DNA of 64,000 nt from the human T2T-CHM13v2.0 reference genome, Homo sapiens: the NCBI RefSeq assembly GCF_009914755.1, contig NC_060927.1; one strand, written 5' to 3'. The notes below the pieces were generated by a model. The model searched no databases, had not been told where the DNA came from, and worked only from the letters and a program-made list of their open reading frames with translations. Position numbers and translations under genes: made by a program. The stretch's first letter is position 1. Each line of letters begins with the position of its first letter. Below are positions 1 through 20,112 of this stretch, one piece after another.

Positions 1-815
<815 letters not shown>

Positions 816-2407
816 GTGTGGTGTGTGTGTGTGTAAGCAGGGCATTCTGAGAAAATATCTTTCTGGAAGTGCATCTAGTAATTTTTTCCCCCTAATTCAT
901 ATCTGAAACACATACAAATAAACAGTGAATGTTGTAGGAAATTAGAAGATAGACCACTATCTTGGGAAAGATAACAATGCAAGAGAAGAATTCCTTTATT
1001 TTAAGATGGTTATTTCAATTAATTATTTTATATATTGAGCACCTGCAGGGGTAGGCACTAGACATAAAGGCCAACAGCAGGTCTCTGTGCTTGATGAGCT
1101 CAGTGCCTGTCATGGGGAAGACAGACACACAGATGCACTACTAGATAATAACATTATCAGTGCTGACCATGTGCTGGGCTCTTTCTAAGCATTCCACCCA
1201 CATTGTCTCTCAACCATACAACAACCTTGCACACAGGCACTAATAATCTACTTTACAGACAAGGACCCTAAAGCTCTAGAAAGTGAGTTAACTTTGCTGC
1301 AATAAATGGCAGAGCCCAGGTGTGTTGACCTGCAAACAGTTTGTCAGAAACTGCCAAACTGTCTTCCAAAGTGGCTGTAAAAATCAATTCATTTTGGAAG
1401 AAGAGGACAATCAGTGATACATTTGCTTAGATGTTTCTTTCACATTATTTGAAAGCGTTGAACTTCAAATACATTCACAAATCTTAATATCTGGTTCTCC
1501 CTCTTCCATTCTTGCCTTACTCCCACTGGAATAAATTCTTTGGCTTGTCATCCTCCCAACTTCAGGACAATCAAATACATATGGCTTAATGGGAAGGTGG
1601 TCAGATTAGAAAATATTCACAGCCAATCTCTCCAGTAGGCAGCCCTTGTTTGGCTTAAAACTGCCCGTTGAATTCAAGTTTCTTACATGTTCCACAACTA
1701 TGATTGTAAAAGTCAAGGCAGCAGGCACCAGCCTGTGTGGAAGAAAGTTATATTTAGTATTCCTTTCGGAGCTGTCTCTTTGGATATCGTGGAGATTCTG
1801 GTACAGGCTGTTACTGTTTGAGGGCTTCTGGGCCTGTGGCAGAGAAGGAGTGGGTGGTTTGCTGACAGTTCTTATAAATACCCCCAGTATTTATTTAATG
1901 GCAGAAACACACAGAGAGAACACACAGAGTATTAGAGGAGAGAACATAGCTTAGCTCCATTCATCCCCTGGGCCCAGGACCAAGCACTTCTAATCTGTTC
2001 TGAGGAACTGCTTCTGGGGCCAGCTGCAGCCCTGTGTCTGGGGGAAGTCACCTGCCTGCTTGCTGAAGGAGGAAGGAAGGAAGGAACAGGGAACAATGAG
2101 GCCCTTGTAAAAGCCAAGTTTTGCTTTTTTTTTTTTTTTTAAGTTTATTTTCTAACCATATCACTCTTCTGCTTAAAACCTTTCAGTAGCTTTCCACTGT
2201 TTCTGGAATAAAGGTCAAAAGTCCTAATATGATGAGAAAAGTTCTGTAGGGCCTGGCCAAAGCCTGACTCTTCAGCCTAATCTCTCCCCACTTTCCCATT
2301 CATTAACATTCCTCAAACATAATCCACACTCTGCCCACCTCAGGCCTGTACATGCTATTCTCTCTGCTCAAAGGCTTTTCTCTCCACTGGCACTCAGTTA
2401 ATTCTAA

Positions 2408-3199
<792 letters not shown>

Positions 3200-3574
3200 T
3201 GATTCAAGTTTGTAATGGTGTATTTGTTTGATTATTTAAGCAATGTCTGTCTCTTCATTCCCATCCTGCTTGCCTTTTTAATCCCAGAGCCAATTCATAG
3301 ATTCGTAGTAAATATGCCTGCTATATAGTAAAAGTTTCATAAATATTTATTAAATAAATTAATAAACAAATAGAGTAATCATTTGAGCTCTTAAATATTT
3401 AGTTTTTAATAGAGGGAGTAAGAAAGATTCCCATATTTTTCCCTCATCCTCAGTTCTTAGCAGTGAGGTCTTAGTCTGAAGATACGTGCCTCAGAAGCTG
3501 GCCAATAGAAGAGGTAAGAGAAGCCAGAGTGGACTCTGCTGAGAATTTGGCCACCAAGCAGTCATCTCCCTTAG

Positions 3575-3772
3575 AACTGTGCTCTCCAACATGGCAGCTA
3601 TTAGCCCCATAATAGTTGGCTATTTAAATTCAAACTATTTAGAATTTTAGCTTATCAGTCTTATCAACCACATTTTGCACACTCACACATGGCCAGTAGC
3701 TACCATATTGAATAATGCAAATAGAGAACATTCCCTTTATCACAGGAAAATGTATTGAAGAGTGCTGCTCTG
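3575..3772 (-). mobile_element. hAT-Charlie MER3-like DNA transposon
   Basis: CACATGGCCAGTAGCTACCATATTGAA...AGAGAACATTCC..ATCACAGGAAAA matches MER3 reverse complement. Confidence 0.7.
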
Positions 3773-4109
3773 GAATAGAAAATACCCTCTTCTGCACAGA
3801 GCATAGGATTCTCAGCAGGGTGACAGAAGAGAGCCCATTTTCCCCTCTGCTTTCAAATCAGGAGATGGGGGAGAGACCCTGCATCTATTACTACATTTGT
3901 TTCTATCACATAGAATTGTAGGTGCTGCAGCTGAAGGTGCTTTATTGCAAATAAAACCACTAAATGCTTCCAAATACAGGGTTGTTGTGAAGATTAAATT
4001 AGTTACAACCCATGTTCAGGCCCTTAGTTGGCTCTCAATAAATGTTAGCCATTTTGCAATACTCATCATGTGAATGAAAAAACAAAAAAAAAAATTTAAA
4101 TTTAAAAAG

Positions 4110-4730
<621 letters not shown>

Positions 4731-4738
4731 GATGGTAG

Positions 4739-5290
<552 letters not shown>

Positions 5291-5962
5291 TGAATCACCT
5301 CAGAAATTGGATTCCAGCTGTTAAAACATTCCAGGTGTGTGTTTTAAGATGTACGGATGTGGCTAGTAGTGCTAACTTCCTGAAGCTTTCATTTGGTTTT
5401 GCTGAGGGCTAGCAACCCAACCTGTAAGTCAAATTGTTGGCATGAGTTAAATTTCCTTTGGTCCCACCCATATTTCTCAGTGCCCATTACTTCTCACTAG
5501 GCCAAGAAGTGCCTGGCAAATGCTATATGTCAGAATTGTGCTAAAAAGTGTTGTTCATTTTAAACAACTGAACTTCTAATTTTTCCATTTGACCTTAACT
5601 AGGTTTCTCTAATGTCTCCTGTCAAATCTTCTGGCTCTGTTATCTTCCAAATTTTAGATTTGTTTCCGTAAAGCAACCAAATTCCAAACAGGATATGTAT
5701 GTTTGTATTTGGAGGGTGGAGAGTGGGAAAAGAAGGAGGGGGAAATGATGTTTAATCTGATGTCAGGTTAAAACTAACAGAGAGTAAGCAGGGGTGGCAG
5801 AAGGCGACTCCTAATACTTACTGAAAATGCACCGTTTGCCAAATACTGTTTTAAGCACTTATTTTTTTCTTATCAACCTTCTTTTCCTCCTTTTTTGTTT
5901 AATTTTTAATTCAAATTAATATATGTGCATGGCTAAAATGTTATTACATGTGCATGGTTTAA

Positions 5963-6325
<363 letters not shown>

Positions 6326-6507
6326 TGAATGACAGTAAATGTAAAAAAATCTAAAAATTATTTTTCACATAAAGTTCTCTTTCTTTTAAAATATTCAAAA
6401 TGATCTATCAAAACTCAATGGCAAATGAAGTGGTTAGTCACTCTCAGATTTTTAGTCAAAGATCTTTAAATAAAGCTGAACATATTATTAGCTTTTTACA
6501 AATTTGA

Positions 6508-6820
<313 letters not shown>

Positions 6821-7420
6821 TGAAGGCTGTTTTCTAAGAATGTTTAGTCTTTGCATTCAATGTTCACGTATTTGCTAAAGAATCCATGTCATGCTTCCCA
6901 TATGTAATATTTAGATCTCTATATATACAAATGTGAGGGTAAAATGAATTTATACTACGAAATGTTTCTCAGCCACTCTGTGCACGTTAGTGAACACTGC
7001 GCTAATTCATGAGGATCTTCAGAACCATGAATTGGAATACAAAGAGAAGCAAAAAAATCGGCTGCTTGGCACTCTGGGAAACAATACTTTGTTATGCAAG
7101 AATCTTTTGCATTCATGCTAAGAAGGAGGATTTGACAAGTTAATTAATTTGTCTTTTCTCTTACCTAAGTACTCCTGCCACTCAAATTCTTTCTGCACTC
7201 CAAAGCCATGCCTCTTTCACCAAAAAACTTCTCAGCATTCCAATGCGGGTGCCTTTTGTTTTGAGGATCTAGGGCAAGGGAATATGCTGGAAGTGCGTCT
7301 GCCCGGGGCTTGAAGATTGTTAGGCAGAAGGGTGAATGTCTAGGTTTACAAGGTCGCCCTGTCTAGAACTCATACCAACTGACACTAACACCACCACCCC
7401 CATCTCACAACTCACACACC

Positions 7421-7700
7421 TTTTTTTTTGAGACGGAGTCTCGCTCCGTCGCCCCGGCACAATCTCAGCTCACTGCAACCTCCGCCTCTCGGGCTCAAGG
7501 GATTCTCCTGCTTCAGCCCCTTGACTAGCTGGATTACAGGGTGCCCGCCACCACGCCCGGCTATTTTTTTTTGTATTTTTAGTAGAGGCAGGGTTTTGCC
7601 ATGTTGGTCAGGCTGGTCTGGAACTCTTGAACTCCAGTGATCCACCAGCCTAGGCCTCCTAAATTGCTGGGATTATAGGCGTGAGCCTCCACACCCGGCT
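7421..7700 (-). mobile_element. Alu with small internal deletion
   Basis: Lacks the AGGCTGGAGTGCAGT segment. Confidence 0.9.
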
Positions 7701-7789
7701 TCACACATCTTTTTTTTTTTTAGTGTTTATGACATGAGGAGCTCTCTAGACTATGCGACCCGGCATAGGATTCCTCTTGCCTGAGTTTA

Positions 7790-8855
<1,066 letters not shown>

Positions 8856-9049
8856 TTTGAGCTATGGGGTCAGAGTCGTGCTATAAGGCACTCCCTTTAC
8901 TCCAAATATTTAACACTGATAGATAAAAAATAAAATATAAAGAGAAAATTAATAAGATATGGTGACTGTTGCCTCATGCTATCTTCAGTAATTAGATGAG
9001 AAGCAACAGGGCCCTAAATATAAAAGATGCGAGCAATAAAACTCAAATA

Positions 9050-11950
<2,901 letters not shown>

Positions 11951-12620
11951 TCTTTTATTTTATTTATTTGCTTATTTTAGAAATAAGGTTTCACTCTATC
12001 CTCCCACACTGGAGGATAGCTCACTGCAACCTGGAACTTTTGGGTTCAAGCCATCTTCCTGCCTAACCCCCCAAGTAGCTGGGACTACAGGTATGTGCCC
12101 CCATTCTCAGGTAGCTTTTTTATTTTTTGTAGAGACCAGGTCTTGCTATATTGCCCAGGCTCATATTATCTTAAAAAAAAAAAAAAACTTGCTGAAAAAA
12201 TAGAATAAATATTCTAGAACAGAAAGACAAAAACAGCTGAAGATACATATATATTGGGCTTTGTCTCCTTTTGTTTCTTTCGTTTTTCTTTCAGTGTGAA
12301 AAAATGCATAAAAGCTTATTTTAAAAAATTGATGTCAAATGCTATTTGGAGTAGAAGATGTCATTTTTCTTTACAAGCTAATAAAAATATTAAACTCAAC
12401 CTAGCCAAATATAATGCACATTTGTTGGCAGGTGTTTCAACTACTACAGATTAAGGCCTTCCCTGAGTAGAAGACTAGCTAAGTAGTGGTTTAGATCCTT
12501 CCGGAAAGAACTGCTGAAGGATGTGTTTAGCAAGAAAAAAAGCCAATGTAGAGTGAAGGAGTATATTGAGCATGGGAATCATTAAAATACATTGGAAATG
12601 TTAATGATCTATTGATTGCA

Positions 12621-13003
12621 TGTTGTGGGCTGAATTGTGTCCCTCCAAAATTCATATATTGAAATTCTAATCCCTAGTACTTCAGAATGTGACTGTATTT
12701 TGAGATTGTCTTTAAAGAGGTAGTTAAGGTTAAATGAGGTCATTAAGGTGGGCCCTAATCCCATATGACTAGCATCCCTAGAAGAAGAGATGAGAACACA
12801 GAAACACACAGAGAGAAGATCACATGAAAACACCGGAGAAAAACCACCATCCACAAGCCAAGGAGAGAGGCCTCAGAAGAAACCAATCTTGCTGTCACCT
12901 TGATCTTGGGTTTTTAGCCTCCAGAATTCTGAAGAAATAAATTTCTGTGTTTAAGCCACCCAATCTGTGGTACTTTCTTATGGAAGCCCTAGCAAACTTA
13001 TAT
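12621..13003 (+). mobile_element. MaLR solo LTR (MLT1A/B-like)
   Basis: Begins TGTTGTGGGCTGAATTGTGTCCC; contains AAGCCAAGGAGAGAGGCCTCAGAAGAAACC and AATAAATTTCTGTGTTTAAGCCACC. Confidence 0.88.
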
Positions 13004-13169
13004 ACTGTGGTAAAATCAGAAGTCAGTTTGTGTCATAAAAATGTAGATAAAAAATTATAGACAATAACAAAAAAGATGGGAGCATTTGGTGAGTACTTCT
13101 ATACTAACATCTTGCTTGATTTTTAACTATGTAGGATAAACACATGTCCTTTCCTAGAAATGAGACCCT

Positions 13170-13250
13170 GGCAGAGTTGAGTAGTTGTGAGAGACCGCGT
13201 CCCACAAAGCCTCAAATATCTTCATCTAGCCTTTAACGGTGAAAGTTCAC
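13170..13250. mobile_element. MER58-like fragment
   Basis: GCAGAGTTGAGTAGTTGTGA..AGACC...CACAAAGCCT.AAATAT. Confidence 0.6.
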
Positions 13251-14246
13251 TTGATCCTTCTCCATGGGTTTATTTTGCAAACATCAAAAAACATGACCAA
13301 AGATACACTTCCGTACATATTTACTTCTGGGGTGGGCAGGCAATTGGGAAATGAGATAAAGAGAGATATAAAAGAGCAGTCTTTAATTACATATTTATTA
13401 TATATGTTTATGGAAAATGAAAACATTAAAAATCTGGTTGGTGAATATACAAATATATTACTTTATTTTTCAATATGTTTGAAATATTTTATAACAATAT
13501 AAAACTATTGTGGTTTTGAAGGGATATAATGTTACTATACTGAACAATCGTCATTTTTCTTTGTTTTTCTTAGCCAAAGCATTTGCTGATGTATAGCACC
13601 TATTTTATACATTGGAACACACTACTCTGTGCTTTGATTTTAGGCTTAAAAGGTCAGTGGCAGTGTGCTCAGCCAATCAGGAATTAGGATTAAGGAATTG
13701 AAGCCTTTTATACTAAAGGCTTCCCTTATAAGGGGACCCTAAATTAGAAAACCTGTTTTGAGAAAGATTTTTTCCCTAATTTGTGAAACTATATATATGA
13801 ATGTTTTTATATATTTAGGGAATTAGAATCCCTCAGGTTTATTTTAAACAATTATCTGGCACTAACAGGAATACAATTTATGATGTTCATATCATTCCAG
13901 AAAATCTAGGTCACACCAAAGTCGGTTCTTTGGAAATTTGATTTCCTTATATAATTTTCAAGGTGCTTGAAACAATAAATTCTCATGTGCTGCTTTGGAA
14001 AAGTAGAAAGTCATTTAGCCTGAATTCAGAAGAAAGCCGACTTCATTTCTTTTACTTACATTGTACTTTCATTGTAAATGGTAAGTAAACTGGTGAAATA
14101 AGTATGCGTTAATATATAAAACAGAAAGCAATATAAAAAAACCCCTCTGTCTTTACAAGGGCAAGGCTTAGCCAAATATACTTAGGTCTATTCATATTAA
14201 TAATAGAAGATTGTTACTAAGGATAACTAAGAATTAAAATAAATAA

Positions 14247-14878
<632 letters not shown>

Positions 14879-17809
14879 CTAATGGTATTTGGGGCATGGT
14901 TAAGATTCACACTGGAAATGATTTAATTCATAAATGCTTGAAAACTAGGGAAGGGGATTTTATGTTTCCTCATCCTAGGATTCATTTATTATTTTCAAAA
15001 CTTTTTTCCTAGGAGGATTTATTTTATTTAATTTAAAATAAATGTTCAGTAATTATAGCCACTTCCCTCAGAGGAAGGTTGGCCCAAGGAGCCCCACTTA
15101 GGCATTGACATGTCTCTTTATTTTACACTCATATCCAACTGCTGTTTCTAAAAGCAGGTGTCTGGGAAGAATGTCAGTCATGGTCCATGTACTGGGCCAA
15201 ACCTGCACTTTGACCACTTGATCTGTACCCTTACAGTCTGTGCCTTTACTGGGGATAATTTCAATCCATCTGTGGGATTCAGGGTTACTGGTACATTACA
15301 GAAGCTGTATAGCCTTGGTAGGAAGGAATATGGCAAGAAACTCTGCTAGATGATATAACAATAGATGGCCACAAAACTTGCCTTTTTTAGGAAGGCATCT
15401 CTGAGCAAGGAATACCAGATGAATAGGGTTAGCCATGCTGTTTGGTGGAGGGTATCCACATAGTACAGCAAATGCAAAGGCCCTGAGGTAGGAAAGCATT
15501 TCCTGAGTTTGGCTGAAGTATACTGCAGCACCAGGGAGAATGGGAAGGGGTGGACCTTATCAACTTCTTGTTATATAATCTCGTGTTCTGAAGTTGAAAT
15601 TTTATTTTATTGCTATGTACCTTTTTAAATCTTTCCCTTACTTTTGAATTTCCCATGCATTTATTGAACATATACAAAATTGTGCTTATATGTCAATGTG
15701 AGTTTGTTTTTAACATAAATGGTATTATGCTGCACTGAGATTTATTCAACAGTGTTTCTTAGAGATCTATGTTATTATATTTTTATAAAGGTCATTGTGT
15801 ATAACAGGTATAAAATATTCTGTTGTGTGAATATACCACAAGTAACCTCCAGTGGTCAGCCTGCCTCTACCATGCCCACTCTCCAAGCTTTTATTTTCTG
15901 AATGTAGCTTCTTTACCTCAGTAAGTGGTAAATACTTTGTAAATGAAAACATTGCCTTTTATTTTCTTGGTAGTTATTTCTTAAAAGTACTGTGTGCACA
16001 GAAAGAGCACACTGAATGCTTACAACAACCTAATTATGGAAAAGCAATAAGCCTCCTCAATCCTTTGCCCTTGAAATTTCCTTGCCTGGTGCTCATAACA
16101 CACTTTGAATAGGTCTTGAAACCACGGGCCTTCAGCCTAAGGCAGTATGTCATCTGGGTACTCTGAGCAGGGAAATAATGAAAAATAATGTTCAGTTAAT
16201 GGCACAAGCCATTCGCCACTCAGACAGTGATGGTTTTCAGAGTGGATTGAAAGGAGATTGGCTACTTCTGCTTCAAAACATCCTGGAAATTGTCTGCCTC
16301 CTGAATTCTGAGGGACGCTTGGGAGGAGGAGTTGATAGGTGACTTAATGTTAAATCTGGGTTCCCTCCCCCAATTGTCACTGTGAAAATTTTCAAACATA
16401 CAGAAAAGTTGAAAGAATTGCGCACTGTGCCCATTACCTAGACTCTATTATATGGACCCCTATTTGCTTTATCATATCTCTGTTCATCCACCCTTTACCC
16501 ATGCATGGAGGCATCCATACATCTTATTTTTGATGTATCTCAAAGTACAAAGAGCACCATTAGAGTTCAATGCTTGTGATTTTTCTTTTTTTAAAAATTT
16601 TTGAGGCAACATTTATATCCAGTGAAATGTACAGATCTCAAGTGGATCATTCCATCAGTTTGACAAATGCCTGCAAGGTGGAACCCAAGCTCTTATTAGT
16701 ATCTGTTAAATCCATGTTAGAGGTTGATCAGAGAAGCACAGCCTTTAAGACTCTCACCCTGCTTTGCGGAGAATGGCAAAAATCTGCGAAACATCTCAGC
16801 AGAGCCAGGAGAGAGTAACACTGGTAACGTGAAGCACGTCAAGCTAAGAAAGGAAGCACTGAAATTAATTGTCCTGAATGGAACCTGATAAGAATCTGCC
16901 ATTTCATCCCCTCAAGACTGGACTCAAGTTGGGAGAGAATATTGCCTTTTGCCCTGTCTAAGCTAATATCACTGTTTAGATCTACAAACTCCTCCACCTC
17001 CCAATGTTTATATATTAACCTGCATTACAAGTCAAAATAACACAGAGAATCTGGAAAAAGAAGAAGGGGAATGTTTCCCACGAAAAGCACACCCCTTAAA
17101 GCGTCTGGCCTGAGAGCTATACAGCATGCATAAAATCTGATAATAAGCACATTATGACCCACATTGCATATAACAAAAAGTAGGGCACTTCTGAAGGGTC
17201 CTGAGAAAAAGCCCTGGGCTTTTAAAACCTGCTTAAGAAGGCGATCAACGGTACACCACTTTCAAACGCAGCACTGACTTGTATGCTCCACAGTCATCAA
17301 CAGTGAAAACAACAGTTTTCAACAAGAGTTGGAAACACTGAGTTGAGGGTTTTTTTTTTCTTTTTAAAGTTTGAGGCCAAAATCGATATTTATTCTTTTG
17401 AATTATGCTTATATCTTTTTCCTGGTTAATACGCACGCGGTGGCACAATTTTGAAAACTACGTAACGTTATAGAACCACCACCCAGAAACGAATCCTGTT
17501 AACAAACTTTTTGTATTCAAACTTTTTCCACTGCATAGTTTTTGACAATGCTTTTTAGACAATCTTTCTTTTAGCAACCAGCACTTTCAAACAAAAATTA
17601 CAGAGAATAGTAAGTTTTTTTCCCCTCCTCCGGCAGATTTGACCCAGAAATTGCTATGGGAAGAAAGTGTTAATTATATTAAAAAATAGTTTGACAGAAA
17701 GTATTTAAAAAGAGAAAGGGAGAACATCACGTCTTTATTTTGGTGAATTAGCAACAAAGAAAAAGATTAGCATGGACGGGTACTTTTCAAAAATATATTT
17801 TTTTTCCTC

Positions 17810-19800
17810 TGGCTCCCGCTAGGGTGGAGGAAGTTGTCTCTCTGTCAGAGACAGGGTGGAAGAGAGTGAAAGGACAAATGATTGAGAGGCTGCCCCCTCC
17901 CACTGGTGCAGGCGTGCGGGGGTCGGATGGGGGGCCGCGGAGGGGGGAGGTGGCCAGCAGGTGCCTGGGCTCCAGGCCCCTACCCCCACCCTCGTCCCCA
18001 CCCTCACCCACACCCAGGGATTGGCCTCGCCCCCTGGCGGGCGAGCGGTAGGTGTCGAAGCACTGGGGTGGGGGGTGCAAACCCCGCGGGCAGCGGAAAA
18101 GAGGCCGTGGGGGGCCTCCCAGCGCTGGCAGACACCGTGAGGCTGGCAGCCGCCGGCACGCACACCTAGTCCGCAGTCCCGAGGAACATGTCCGCAGCCA
18201 GGGCGCGGAGCAGAGTCCCGGGCAGGAGAACCAAGGGAGGGCGTGTGCTGTGGCGGCGGCGGCAGCGGCAGCGGCAGCGGAGCCGCTAGTCCCCTCCCTC
18301 CTGGGGGAGCAGCTGCCGCCGCTGCCGCCGCCGCCACCACCATCAGCGCGCGGGGCCCGGCCAGAGCGAGCCGGGCGAGCGGCGCGCTAGGGGGAGGGCG
18401 GGGGCGGGGAGGGGGGTGGGCGAAGGGGGCGGGAGGGCGTGGGGGGAGGGTCTCGCTCTCCCGACTACCAGAGCCCGAGAGGGAGACCCTGGCGGCGGCG
18501 GCGGCGCCTGACACTCGGCGCCTCCTGCCGTGCTCCGGGGCGGCATGTCCGAGGCTGGCGGGGCCGGGCCGGGCGGCTGCGGGGCAGGAGCCGGGGCAGG
18601 GGCCGGGCCCGGGGCGCTGCCCCCGCAGCCTGCGGCGCTTCCGCCCGCGCCCCCGCAGGGCTCCCCCTGCGCCGCTGCCGCCGGGGGCTCGGGCGCCTGC
18701 GGTCCGGCGACGGCAGTGGCTGCAGCGGGCACGGCCGAAGGACCGGGAGGCGGTGGCTCGGCCCGAATCGCCGTGAAGAAAGCGCAACTACGCTCCGCTC
18801 CGCGGGCCAAGAAACTGGAGAAACTCGGAGTGTACTCCGCCTGCAAGGTACGCGCTCGCCGCTCTCGGACCGCGGATGGGTGCTAGGGGCCCAGCCCGCG
18901 GGACCCCCCTCCCCCTCCCGCTTCCACCTCCGCCTCCCGCCTCCTGCCTCTCGCCTCCCGCCTGGGGCCGCTGCACCGCGGAAGTGCTCTTGTCGCCCGC
19001 GCCCAATTAGCTTCTTCTTGGATAAGAGTCCTGCTGGGTTTGAAGAAGGGGGATCACTAAGACGGAGAGCCCTTCATTCCTTCCGCTTGAAAGGAGTAGC
19101 TTCGGCATCCGAGCTCCCGGGCTACCTTGGGGTTTTGTTGCTCTGTAGGAGCTCGCTGGAGTCACTTTCCCGGGAGTGGAGCGGTGCTCTCCATGTGGCG
19201 GGTGACCCAGGGGCAAGGAAAAATCTTTTGGGGGACTGAGTGGTCCCTTCTGCAATCGATCCCTTCCTGTGTCCCACTGGGAGGAACTGGGTGCAAGGAG
19301 TGGGGGTGGAGAAGACTCCCGGACTCCTGGCGCTTTGGGAAAGCGAAGGGGAGGAAAGCGCGGGGTGGGAAGGTGGGCAGAGTCCGAGGCGAGGGTCTTG
19401 TGGTGCCTGGCGCCCTCGGCTGGGGGCGGAGGCACTGCCGCGCGCGGTGACAGCCCTGTCATTATTGTATTATTACTTGTTTAGTTAAAACGCTGTCCCA
19501 GCTGCTCGAGGTGTAAACAGGATTTGGCAAAGTGACAGCCCAGCGCGGCGGGCGCTACTGCTCAGTTTGAGGACACCCATTTCTTGCTACCCACTCTCCA
19601 TGCCAGTTTAGGCACCCTGTCACCTCCAGCTGCAGATCCAGATGTGGAGGCTGTGTTCCCGAGGTGGGAGGATTGCCCGAGGCCGCGGGGCAGGCTGGCC
19701 CTGCGCTGTCAGCAGCGGCTTTGTTTTGACAGGGTGACAGCTGAGGGGGGCGGGGACTTGGCCTTGTCAGCTCCTGCGGCCTGTGGCTGAGGCAGGGAAG
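17810..19800. promoter_or_regulatory. KAT2B: CpG island / KAT2B promoter and 5' leader, TATA-less with multiple GC boxes
   Basis: Very GC- and CpG-rich against a CpG-depleted background; GGGCGG boxes at 18396-18435; ETS-type CGGAAGTG at 18979-18986; spans exon 1. Exact TSS cannot be read from sequence. Confidence 0.92.
18545..18847 (+). CDS. KAT2B: KAT2B (PCAF) coding exon 1, codons 1-101
   Basis: Translates MSEAGGAGPGGCGAGAGAGAGPGALPPQP...RIAVKKAQLRSAPRAKKLEKLGVYSACK, the recognisable PCAF N-terminus; 303 nt ending at donor AAG|GTACGC (phase 0). Confidence 0.98.
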
Positions 19801-20112
19801 AGACACACTCACACACACTCACACCTCCCTGTATTCTTCCTGCCTGCTGCAAAGAGGGTCAAGTTCCCAGATTCCAGATTCCCGATTGTCACAACCAAGC
19901 TGCAGTGACCACTTCTGAATTTTGACATAACTATAATTTATTCTACTAGAACATCTAGGTTATACTCTTCTTGGTACTTGCAGGAGCTTCTCAGTCACAA
20001 TGGAATGTCTATGCTTGCTCTTTTTCCACACCATATGCTCAGGTTTATGTTAAGCACCTCTGTATCCTACACTGGTTCAATAAATATTTGTTGAGTGAAT
20101 GTAGGATCTAGC

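Noticed and set aside
17763-17775. AAGATTAGCATGG identical to part of U6 snRNA
   Set aside because: Only 13 nt; flanks do not match U6, so not a supportable pseudogene
17819-18787. 322-aa minus-strand ORF and other overlapping ORFs (18243-18776, 18439-19239, 18343-18846) in the CpG island
   Set aside because: Stop-codon scarcity from extreme GC content; low-complexity A/G/P/R translations; mostly non-ATG starts; no recognisable domain
18848-18886. ORF track extension of exon 1 (VRARRSRTADGC*) and GTG start at 18530
   Set aside because: Read-through past the splice donor; exon 2 continues the known protein in frame, and the known start is ATG 18545
18904-18914. C-rich intronic tract complementary to the G-rich tract at 18406-18416, suggesting a long-range stem over exon 1
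   Set aside because: Low-complexity 11-bp match expected by chance in a CpG island
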